The translations under genes and the position numbers were made by a program. Shown piece after piece: positions 56,801 to 64,000 of a stretch of 64,000 nt of DNA. Source of the DNA: Schmidtea polychroa (Eukaryota); NCBI GenBank assembly GCA_044892525.1, contig CM097887.1:107362397-107426396 (forward strand), read 5' to 3'. The stretch's first letter is position 1. Each line of letters opens with the position of its first letter. The notes beneath the pieces are model-generated. The model searched no databases and was not told the origin of the DNA. It was given only the letters and a program-made list of their open reading frames with translations.

Positions 56801-59800
56801 CTAGTCCAAAAGGAAGTCGGTTAAAACAAAATTGTCCTTGCCTTGTACTGAAAGCCGTGACCTCTTGAATTTCCTTCGCCATTCCAACTTGATAATATGC
56901 TTGACCTTGATCGATGGATGTGAAATATTTTGAATCTGCCAGACAATCCAGTAGAAATCGTGTATCTGGCATTGGAAAAGATATCTTTTCAGTGATCGCA
57001 TTCAACCCTCTATAGTCGACACACATCCTTATTGATCCATCTTTCTTAGCCACAATCACTAGTGGCGCGTTCCATGCACTTTTGCATTTTCTAATAACTC
57101 TCGCTTCTAATAAGTTTGTGACAAGTTCGTCAAGCTTTTGTTCTAAATGCATTGGTTGTCTTCTTGGCTGTAACATTACAGGCCCACCTACTATATTCAT
57201 TTCATGCTGAACAACTTTCGTAAACCCGAGATCAAAAGTTGAAGCCATAAAAATACCTTTGAACTTCCGTAGCAATATGTCTAACTGTTCATTCTTCCTG
57301 TCTCCAAGCATTAATAATGCTTTCTCTTCTCGTTGTGAGTCCACATATGTCCTCCCTACTTGTGACGCTTCAATATTGTCTACCTCTACCAGTTGAATAC
57401 CAAATCTCTCCATTGTATCTACACCCCCAATGAAATCTGGACGTATATCTTTGACAACTATAACATTAATAATTCTTTTTTTCCCATTCCAATCAGCTTC
57501 TATCGTCATTGCTCCTAACGGTCTTTCCATTCCCGCCGAAAATACTCCACAAAGAGAAATTGTGCTCTGCTTCAACCTCGGTTTCCCGATCTTTGTCCAA
57601 CTTTTTTCACTCATAACTGATACTGACGCTCCAGAGTCCCAAAGCATGTCAATCGCCGTCATGTTTATTACAATCTTACTCCACTTTCTTCTGTCTGTCG
57701 TCTCATACATCTTCTGCATCATGTCTTCATTTCGCTTCTTTCTACTGATTATTGTGTCGACCCCATTGACGAAATGAAAGCAATGGGATCGTCCTTGTTT
57801 TTTGGTTTATCCATTGATTTTTTTATCGTTTCTTCGTAATTACTGTATAAATCTTCTGTTAAATCACCATTATTTCTTTCGTGATCTTCTTCGTAAATAC
57901 ATGCCACTCTCTTCTGATATCCATTTCTATTTTTAAGCAAAAACAATCTCTGAATCCATGACCTTCTTTTCCACAGATTAGACATTTGTCTTTCATTGGA
58001 CATTCAAAACGCCGGTGCCCTTTTTCTCCACAACAAAAACACTGACCTGGTGTCAGTTTCACTGGATGAGGCGAATCTCTTCCTTTGCTGTCATTAAATA
58101 ACCTTCTTGCAATATCTTTAAGCGATACTGTAGGTATTCTTCTCTCTGGTTCTCCTGTCTCATATCGTCCTCTATACCGCTCATTTTCATTCTTGTCTTC
58201 ATTTACAATTGGTACAAACCGACCATTACCAGGTCTATTCCTCTCATGATTAATCTCTCGGTGTTCGTCGCGTTGATGTGCAGTTGTCTTCACAATTGTT
58301 CTTTGGTCTCGTCTACCCTCGAATTTACCATTTTTCATCACTGATGCGTAGGAGTCTCTTCTTATGGCATCAATATTGAATTTATTGTCATTCGTCATCT
58401 CAATCTTCTCCTGAATTTTTGCCATATCCCTGGCATCTTCAAAACTTGTCACTTTCCCTGATAAGAATATTTCTTTTACTCTATCGTCTTTCGCTCTGTT
58501 TGAGATAATGTCTCGAACAATCTGTTCATCAGACATTCCAGAGCTAAATACACTTTTAACTAAACTTCTTACTCGTATTTCGAAGACTTGGAATCTTTCA
58601 TCTCTCTCTTGCTGAATTTGAGCTAGTTCCACAATCTTGTTAGTAATGGTTTTCCTTACTGTAAAAGTTTCTATAAACCACTCTTTTGCCATTTCATCGG
58701 TCATCTTCGCTATTTTCGCCGCTTCCCATGACATCGATGCCGCATCTGTCAACAAAAGATCCAATGCGTCTACTAGACTTTGATCTTCTATTCTCAGCCA
58801 TTCCATAATATCCTTTAGCCAAAGTTCGGCTTCAGATCCAACTTTTCCGTCAAACTTTCTGACATTAAAATTTAGCATCTCACGTGCTTGTTTTGACAAG
58901 GAATCTAACATATTCTTAGTTCCTTTCTTTTTTCCTATCGCATTGATTTCCTTGGCGTGGTCGCCAGTTATGATGTCCTCAACTTCTAAATTCATAAAAT
59001 AAATCAATAATAATTCAATAAAATATATTTTTCAAAAACACACTAAAACGAATATTATTCAAACAAAACTTTACATAACTCTCATTATTCATCAGGTAAT
59101 TTATCGAAAATAAAGGAAAATTAAAATTTTATAATAATTCACTTTTAATTGATAACATTTTTATTTCAATATTATCTGATAGTCGATATGTATTTAATTT
59201 AATCAAGTATTTCTTTTAAAACTTTATACTATGTTAAATATTAACAACTTATTTTAAATAAATTTAACTTATTGATTTATATGTTTGTCAAATAATTTAT
59301 GGAACTTTGGGAAATAATATTAACTGTTTAAATGTCTCAAATGAATGTCTAATTTAACCTCATTTTAAATTGAATTAATTAAATTATTAAACTTCCATAG
59401 GATAAAAGAAAGTCACACTTCACAAAATAATTATTATAATTAAAAATTATTAATAAAAATAATAATAAAAAAATCTATATATAAATAAAATTAAGATTTT
59501 TGTTTGTACAAAAAGAAAAAATTTAAATATCTCAAACTGTAAAAAAGCCAAAATATTTAAATTTAACTAAAAAGTGCTTAGGAATAAGATCATTAGTTCG
59601 ACGAAATTTCGAGGCTTTTACTCAATGGGTTCGAGTACCTCAATCGGGAATGTGATTATTCACCTAGATCAGCGCTATCCAACTTATCATAGCCCGCGGG
59701 CCATATTTTCTTCACCAAACATTTCGGGGGCCAAGAAGGTTGATAAATGAAAAGTCAGTTTATGTTAATTAAAAAATATTTTATTTATACTAAAAAGAAA

Positions 59801-62251
59801 ACTTTAAAATCTTCGTAATATGTTAATGGGAACATTGTGGCCGTAATTGTTTAGCAACAATATCTTTTATGTCCACAGCAATATTTGTTGTGGCAAGTCT
59901 AATTAAATCTTCAAGAGTGGAATCTTTCAAACTTTTTATATATTTTAACTTTATATATTTCATATCGGAGTATGTACGCTCGCAGATATAAGTACTTCCG
60001 AATATTGATACAATTTGAAGTTCAAAATCTCTCAATTTTGGATATTTCTCTTTATCTAAAAAATTGAATATTTCTATTCCAGTTACTCCACGAGATATAA
60101 AAAACGGTCGGCCTGCAGGTCGCATAATTACATTTGATATTTAAGATCAACGGAGTTGATATCAATATTACAAAATATCACAAAATAAATCAATAGACGG
60201 TTTAAGATCATCAAATTGAGAAAATCTTTCATTGAAATCTGTAATTACCATATCCAATTTTGGTAGAAATATTTTAAAATTCCCTTCCATATTACATTCT
60301 TTTATTTCTTCATAGATCTCTTTACAAGATTCAAAATGAAATAAATTATTTTGTTCCAAATTAAACCTTAACAATTTTAATTTGTTTCTAAATCCAGTAA
60401 CATATTTATAAAGGCAACACACATTTTGATCTTGTTCTTGCAAGTATTTATTCAAAATATTTAAATATTTATTCAAAATATTTGTAATGTCCGTTAGGAA
60501 AGCAAGTGAATAAATAAAATTTTTATCAACTAAATTTGCTGTCAAATTTTCATCGACGCCAATTTATGTGAGAAAAAAATGAACTTTTCGAAGTGTAAAG
60601 AATCTACTCAAGCACTTTCCAGCACTTAACCAACAAACGTTACTATGTAAAAGCAGATCTCCATACTCAGTTTCCAATTCATCCAAAAATGTTTTAAATT
60701 TTCGGTGTGTAAGAGAATGATTTCCACCGCGAATTAACTTAGTAATTTTGCAAACCTTGTCCATCACGTCTTTTAGTTGTAGGGGTAAACCACATAATGC
60801 CTCCTGATGGATAATACAGTGTAACATACGACATGTCATTCCGTCTTTTTGCAAAAGTCACGTGAGCCCAATATTTTTGCCCATCATAGCTCTAGCATCG
60901 TCGGTTACAATAGCAGTTCACTTGTTAAATCTGCCATACTGCTCTACTGCACATTTTAATTGTTTGTAAATATCTTCAACTTTTGTTGTTCCGTGTAATG
61001 ATTGTAATTCTAAAAGTTCTTCTTAATAATTATAGTTTTCATTTACAGTTCTTATAAAGCTAGGCATTTGACTTGTATCGGAAATGTCTGGGCTTTCATC
61101 CAATGCTACCGAAAAATAGCAGCAACTATTGATTAGGTTTTCTAATTTATTAGTGACATGGATGCTAATCTCGTTTACACGTCGGCTTACAGTCTGGTGA
61201 GAAAGTAATACGGTTTGAAATTTTAAAATTCCGTTATCGTTAAGTGTTTGCGCCATTTTTATGGCACATTTTTTAATTAATTCTCCTTCCAAAAATGGCT
61301 TCTTTGCCTTTACTGTTTCTAAACAAACTTCAAACGATGCAGCTACAGTTACTTCTTGAAATTTTGGTTCTTGATTAAAATTATTCGTTTGATGATCCAG
61401 CTGATTTTTTATTTTTTTCACAAGTGGTATTTTCATGTCTCTCGTATACGAATGATACTTTTTTTCATGCATGGAAAGATAATGTCACTTCAAGATATAT
61501 TCTTTACACACAGCTATGATTTGTAAACATTCCAAACACTGTGGTTTACCTTTCTTGTTCAGAATGAATAAATAATCTATCTCCCAGCGATCTTGAAATT
61601 CGAGGTCTATTTTTCTTTAATTATTAGCACTCATATTCAATAATTATTTTAAATAATAAATAAATATGAAATTAAGTTAATAATATTATAACACAGTCAC
61701 CTCTCAATAAATTCTAGACAAGACTGCACTTGCACGATTGCACGAATCAATCAAATAGCACAGGGTAGTGTGCGCATGACGTGCACCAACCATAGATAAA
61801 CAACAACCAACCACAAATATAATATGTGACGCCAATGTTGAGCCAAACATCATCAGAAGTTAAACGGATTGCTGTTGTATTCAGCCAGGTTAAGTGAAGT
61901 TACGCAAACTAAATAGTACCTACTTTAAATTCAATTTAGATTTAAATTTTCACATAGTAAAATAATTTTAATATTAATAATAATATAATAACATAAATTT
62001 ATTCATAGTAAAATATACTCGCAGACCGTAAAAATAATTTAATAAACTCAACATATATCCTGAGAATGATTTCTATATACCCGGCCTCTTCATGTATTCC
62101 TGCCATTAATACTTATATCTGATCAAAAAACTAACATTTACAAGAAATAAGACAGCTGAATTATCATAAGATCTTAATTCTTGTTTATTTACTGATTGGT
62201 TGTTGAAATTGGGAGATGGAAAAAGAAAACAAGATCGATCTGCATTGATTG

Positions 62252-62306
<55 letters not shown>

Positions 62307-64000
62307 TTAATTTTAATTTTGGATTCCCGTGCAACGCCGGGTATTTCAGCTAGTAATAAATAACATCATTACCTTGATATGTATGTATGTATGTCTATCG
62401 GAACATATAAGCTCGCGATCTAAAATTTCACTTCAAGCAGATATCGCTAATCGAACAAGCGCATTTTTATCATTATAAGGCATTTAAATTCTTTTTGAAA
62501 TCTATCGAAGATTAACTTTTTATCATTTGTTATGAGTTGCCAGTAATTAATATAAAATATACTACGGACGGATACTCAATTTTATCGATTTCAAAGTGGG
62601 TTTGAATGAATCAATTTTCCTAACCTTCGAAGAAATCAAATTATAAAGGAAAATAACAATAAAGATAAATACAAATTTAGAATCTTTGTTAAACATTTCC
62701 CGACCAGCCTCCTAAATATTATCTACTACTACATTATCATTTGATGAAACCTTAGTCATTCCAAATAAGATTTATTTGATACCGTAAAAATATGACATAC
62801 ATTGATTAGTTCTAAAAAAATTATTTCGAATTTTTTTCAGGATATTCTTCATTTTGCTAATATAACAAGTGAATTAGTGCTTGATAAATTATCCAGTCAT
62901 ATCTCTATTTTCACTGAATTATTTTTACAAGAATTCGACGGTAATGAAATTGATATTAATAACCAGATAAATCCAACCATTCAAAATGAGTAAATTCAGT
63001 TTATATATTAATTTATTCTAATTATTCTAATTATTATTTTTATTATATTTCGTCTTTCTAGACCGGAACTGAATATATTGCTTCTAAAATTTCTGGAAAA
63101 CATCATGCCAACTTTTCTGGAAATTGTAACTAAAAGATTAGATCGTGAGGTAGTTCNNNNNNNNNNNNNNNNNNNNNNNNNNNNNNNNNNNNNNNNNNNN
63201 NNNNNNNNNNNNNNNNNNNNNNNNNNNNNNNNNNNNNNNNNNNNNNNNNNNNNNNNNNNNNNNNNNNNNNNNNNNNNNNNNNNNNNNNNNNNNNNNNNNN
63301 NNNNNNNNNNNNNNNNNNNNNNNNNNNNNNNNNNNNNNNNNNNNNNNNNNNNNNNNNNNNNNNNNNNNNNNNNNNNNNNNNNNNNNNNNNNNNNNNNNNN
63401 NAATCACTTTGTGTTGCAGACTGCTACTGGAGATACAACAATGCTAGCTCGAGCTATGGACCGATTGCATTCCCGATTTCAAGCATTAAATAAATTAGTT
63501 CCTCGAAAAGTTGGGAATAATTCCGTTATTCCCAAGGTAGATTTAGCGGAAATCGGACTAAACCTGGTTTGCAAAATTGCCCAGGACAGATGCCATTTTT
63601 ATTCTGAATTGTTATCTCGGCAAATAAACGAATGTATCACTGATATTCGACAAAGAATGGCAGCTTCTCAAGTCGGTTCTGGAGGAGCATTGGCATCTTT
63701 GACAAGCACGAATGATTCATCAAGTCAAAATGGTCCCGACTGTAAATCCAAATCAAAAAATGCACTTTATCAATTGATGCAATCATTAAGTGATGCACTA
63801 GTTGATCAATTAAAGTCCACTCTGAATGCTCAACAGGTGCAATGTGGCTTAAATTTATATTCTGCTCGTTGTTTTTATTTATTTACAGACATCTTATCCT
63901 TCGATTTGATTTCATCATAAATCATCTTTATTTTAATAACTTTATTTTAGGCTTTCATTGCTACTGATAACACATTCTCGAAAAAGGAACAATTCCAGAC
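38826..64000 (+). CDS. VPS51: Vacuolar protein sorting 51 (GARP/EARP subunit), multi-exon, continues beyond the window
   Basis: GT-AG exons with consistent phases: 38826-39116, 39169-39324, 43071-43277, 47845-47933, 53012-53102, 62841-62989, 63062-63149, 63420-63836, 63951 onward. Motifs [48 protein letters not shown]. Confidence 0.9.
39989..40228. mobile_element. piggyBac-type MITE (240 bp)
   Basis: TTAA at 39985-39988 and 40229-40232; 12-bp TIR cctcttaagtgg / ccacataagagg (11/12). Confidence 0.75.
40424..41530 (-). mobile_element. Degenerate Tigger/pogo transposon relic in Vps51 intron 2
   Basis: ORF 40950-41345 carries AVKQLRKSTLNACWRTLWP (DDE_1 C-terminal part), followed by KPKIKPLIKDFL-type tail; TIR-like ta|cacccaactctttttt at 40424. 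Boundaries approximate. Confidence 0.65.
42024..42460 (+). pseudogene. Two tandem GIY-YIG endonuclease fragments, Penelope-like
   Basis: FEYICHGCNAAYNGMAARHLRSQV and YEYLCHGCNVTYIGMTVRHLHSQVPDH. Confidence 0.7.
44328..44553. mobile_element. hAT-type MITE (226 bp)
   Basis: TIR cagtggcagaact / agttacgccactg (11/13); 8-bp TSD tgaccaag / tgacaaag. Confidence 0.75.
44993..45213. mobile_element. hAT (Charlie-like) MITE (221 bp)
   Basis: Perfect 8-bp TSD gtctaaat (44985-44992, 45214-45221); TIR tattggtcttcaaact / agttttaagaccattg (13/16). Confidence 0.8.
45921..46039. mobile_element. pogo-type MITE (119 bp)
   Basis: TA TSD; perfect 16-bp TIR cagtaaaatctttttt; three internal cgtgtaaaaa motifs that also occur near 40460-40570. 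Confidence 0.85.
47195..47341. repeat. Near-perfect inverted repeat (71-bp arms, 5-nt loop)
   Basis: Arms 47195-47265 and 47271-47341 match at 67/71 positions; both sides abut or approach N-runs. Confidence 0.9.
48281..48403 (+). pseudogene. GIY-YIG endonuclease fragment, Penelope-like
   Basis: LVFNFSCNGCNAIYIGDTSRHFRTRVQEHRR. Confidence 0.75.
49440..49700. repeat. About 47-bp imperfect tandem repeats with a flank related to 53990-54050
   Basis: ttcta(a/g)tttatattaaa(a/t)tctgaat occurs three times, followed by taattttt..ttcgatttttt..ttttgt, as at 53990. Confidence 0.6.
49990..50802 (+). mobile_element. Degenerate Tc1/mariner transposon relic
   Basis: HWNQIIFLDD, QKDNTPIHKAR..VNWFQEH, WPSQSLDCNP with frameshifts; TIR-like ...tatacacagacctgta near 50790-50802. 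Confidence 0.75.
50845..52065 (+). CDS. hAT transposase (SPIN/Buster/GTF2IRD2-like), 5'-truncated with an in-frame internal deletion; element 3' end near 52400
   Basis: LSRFTIVRRI, ITTDGAPAMVG, HYIIHQENLC, EVRWLSRGKVL, FPSTYICEQFFSKMK. The SLALDESTD segment expected between SRFTIVRRI and TTDGAP is missing. Confidence 0.88.
   Translation: MDCPEKKQLFSNISLSRFTIVRRIDDIAKNIETIFLPKLTGITTDGAPAMVGIKNGVVGLLKAELVKIKGSEQLIASHYIIHQENLCVKELKMDHVMTVVVKTVNFIRSRGLNHRQFKEFLTSIETEYSDVIYFSEVRWLSRGKVLHRFYCLREEIKLFMEMKSKPIPELSDANWLLDLAFLVDITTHLNDLNTKLQGRDQLINNLYDHIKGFQTKLKLWENQLSKDITVHFPNLTDCKNDANLANTKKFNEHIIALKTQFSSRFADFAEHENDFKLFSEPFSVNVETAPESMQMELIELQCNGDLERKFRDVSLIQFYKLYISQKAFPSIRYHALKMVSLFPSTYICEQFFSKMKQTKCKNRCRLTDDKLSNELRVATSTIKANISDLCRDKKCQMSHRPKPEQD
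53700..54064. repeat. 63-bp tandem repeats plus a perfect 16-bp hairpin (54029-54064); probable non-autonomous element
   Basis: ttggatatctctttat(a/g)ttcttgttaag recurs near 53715, 53840 and 53903; hairpin tatagcgataatttac-cata-gtaaattatcgctata. Confidence 0.7.
54642..57722 (-). CDS. pol (PR-RT-RH-IN) of the compact gypsy element
   Basis: LWDSGAS, YLDD, TDASFGAIG, HTEMCH...CEIC, IDIAH, SDRGKNF, NGLVERTIR, EGPFVI. The frame is open upstream to the slippery site. Confidence 0.95.
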   Translation of the reverse strand: MMQKMYETTDRRKWSKIVINMTAIDMLWDSGASVSVMSEKSWTKIGKPRLKQSTISLCGVFSAGMERPLGAMTIEADWNGKKRIINVIVVKDIRPDFIGGVDTMERFGIQLVEVDNIEASQVGRTYVDSQREEKALLMLGDRKNEQLDILLRKFKGIFMASTFDLGFTKVVQHEMNIVGGPVMLQPRRQPMHLEQKLDELVTNLLEARVIRKCKSAWNAPLVIVAKKDGSIRMCVDYRGLNAITEKISFPMPDTRFLLDCLADSKYFTSIDQGQAYYQVGMAKEIQEVTAFSTRQGQFCFNRLPFGLATAPATFQRMMHLMLDGILFKGVVVYLDDILVYGKDIEEHNNRLEEVFRRIQLAGLRINPEKCNLYKEELTFLGHTVSASGIKTNDKKIKEIQDAEIPVCAKQLRSFLGMINYYRKFIKDYAKIAEPLHAATSGCEKKINWSEDCNNSFELLKTKLCEAPILDYPRMDRNFILDTDASFGAIGAVLCQAKEDGTEVVIAYGSRHLTAHEKGYCVTRKELLAIHEYVMYFKQYLYGKSFVVRTDHKALVFMRYTKKPISPQFQTWLANLSGYDFDLQYRKGEEHGNADGISRIKGMLCAQCQTRHEDAKEEKARVRHISSLQKTESMTILLEKQQDGVDFIHMTRVLQGEEKKDDLNKKKFPFNLHNNIKLEDGFLLLEKNGKDVILVPIDYSNTLVKGIHTEMCHIGVKKLISYMSNIFFWPNMQETIQNCLRVCEICCRRKIVQEKTKERLLPIISSEFLEQLVIDIAHMKNGGVYKYMLVIIDRFSKMVSLTALERQDERSIFKAILEKWIYRFGKPRNCLSDRGKNFDSGFMKTNLGRLGITQQFSSPYQHQSNGLVERTIRTVRDLLATSLAGGLGERNWAELLPQVEFCINVTQQSATGFSPFEIVFGRKINLHSTLPQTTLDTVEIHRLVRENSEKAAKRMKEMETEKRTNRCFTVGEKVLVRKEPQNRDKDGLQYEGPFVISKFLSEHQVELSDGTTKKLRRIEWLKRWAVP
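57749..58911 (-). CDS. gag of the compact gypsy element, with an apparent 1-nt deletion after the second zinc knuckle
   Basis: First ATG after the PBS is at 58911; CFCCGEKGHRRFEC and CLICGKEGHGFRDC. The frame leading into the slippery site (ORF 57749-58003) is -1 relative to gag, consistent with loss of one base in the A-run at 57939-57943. Confidence 0.8.
57759..57803 (-). other. -1 programmed ribosomal frameshift signal (gag to pol)
   Basis: A-AAA-AAC heptamer (57797-57803) just after the pol-frame TAA, 6-nt spacer, then a 10-bp stem GAUCCCAUUG / CAAUGGGGUC with a 12-nt loop. Confidence 0.8.
59670..62040 (-). mobile_element. Degenerate hAT (SPIN/GTF2IRD2-like) transposon; transposase pseudogene 59823-61634
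   Basis: Fragments FQDRWEIDYLF..KPQCLEC, YFSVALDESPDISDT, HCIIHQEALC, FGSTYICERTYSDMK, with stops and frameshifts; TIR-like cagcgctatccaact at 59670 after acctagat. Far end not found. Confidence 0.85.
62080..62353 (+). mobile_element. Helitron 3'-end relic containing a (TA)n microsatellite (62253-62302)
   Basis: PIF1-helicase-like FTDWLLKLGDGK fragment; GC-rich hairpin cccgtgcaacgccggg (62326-62341) followed by CTAG at 62350-62353 and T. Confidence 0.75.

Larger units (their letters stand above)
54517..59080 (-). mobile_element. Compact Ty3/gypsy LTR retrotransposon (4,564 bp) in Vps51 intron 5
   Basis: 115-bp LTRs at 54517-54631 and 58966-59080 (one mismatch seen) with AGTTATG...CATAACT ends. 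CTCAT TSD; PBS TGGCGACCACG (tRNA-Arg-like) next to the 5' LTR; purine tract aaagaaggggag next to the 3' LTR. Confidence 0.95.

Noticed and set aside
58912-59007. N-terminal extension of the small gypsy gag in the ORF track
   Set aside because: Starts at a TTG within the LTR and runs through the PBS; the first ATG after the PBS (58911) is more plausible.

Overview
AT-rich eukaryotic (invertebrate) genomic DNA with short GT-AG introns and several N-runs. Composition, intron sizes and repeat content would fit a planarian flatworm, but that is inference. The window is dominated by one apparently intact 30,374-bp Ty3/gypsy-type LTR retroelement on the minus strand (6051-36424). It has near-identical 4,160-bp LTRs, a CTAT target-site duplication and a tRNA-Pro-like PBS. 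Its single uninterrupted 4,617-aa polyprotein reads Gag/3xCCHC - three ubiquitin-like domains - Bcl-2-like domain - signal peptide - chuvirus-like class III fusion glycoprotein - PR-RT-RH-IN - duplicated ankyrin modules - second type I membrane protein. The envelope therefore lies between gag and pol in the same frame. The element also carries an IAP-type RING ORF upstream of gag, a full-length intronless TRAF, three coiled-coil ORFs, a small membrane-protein ORF and a 250-aa ORF inside each LTR. Most accessory ORFs have a splice-acceptor-like AG just before an ATG and a polyadenylation signal after the stop. The element sits inside a Tigger/pogo transposase gene, which itself sits in a 1,261-bp tandem repeat carrying Polinton-type DNA polymerase fragments. 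The left end holds the 3' exons of a cysteine-rich repeat protein gene and an Hsp90 pseudogene. The right 25 kb is a host Vps51 gene whose introns contain a compact 4.6-kb gypsy element (115-bp LTRs, clear -1 frameshift signal), hAT, Tc1, pogo, Penelope-like and Helitron relics, and several MITEs. All domain calls are by-eye motif recognition; no database search was run.
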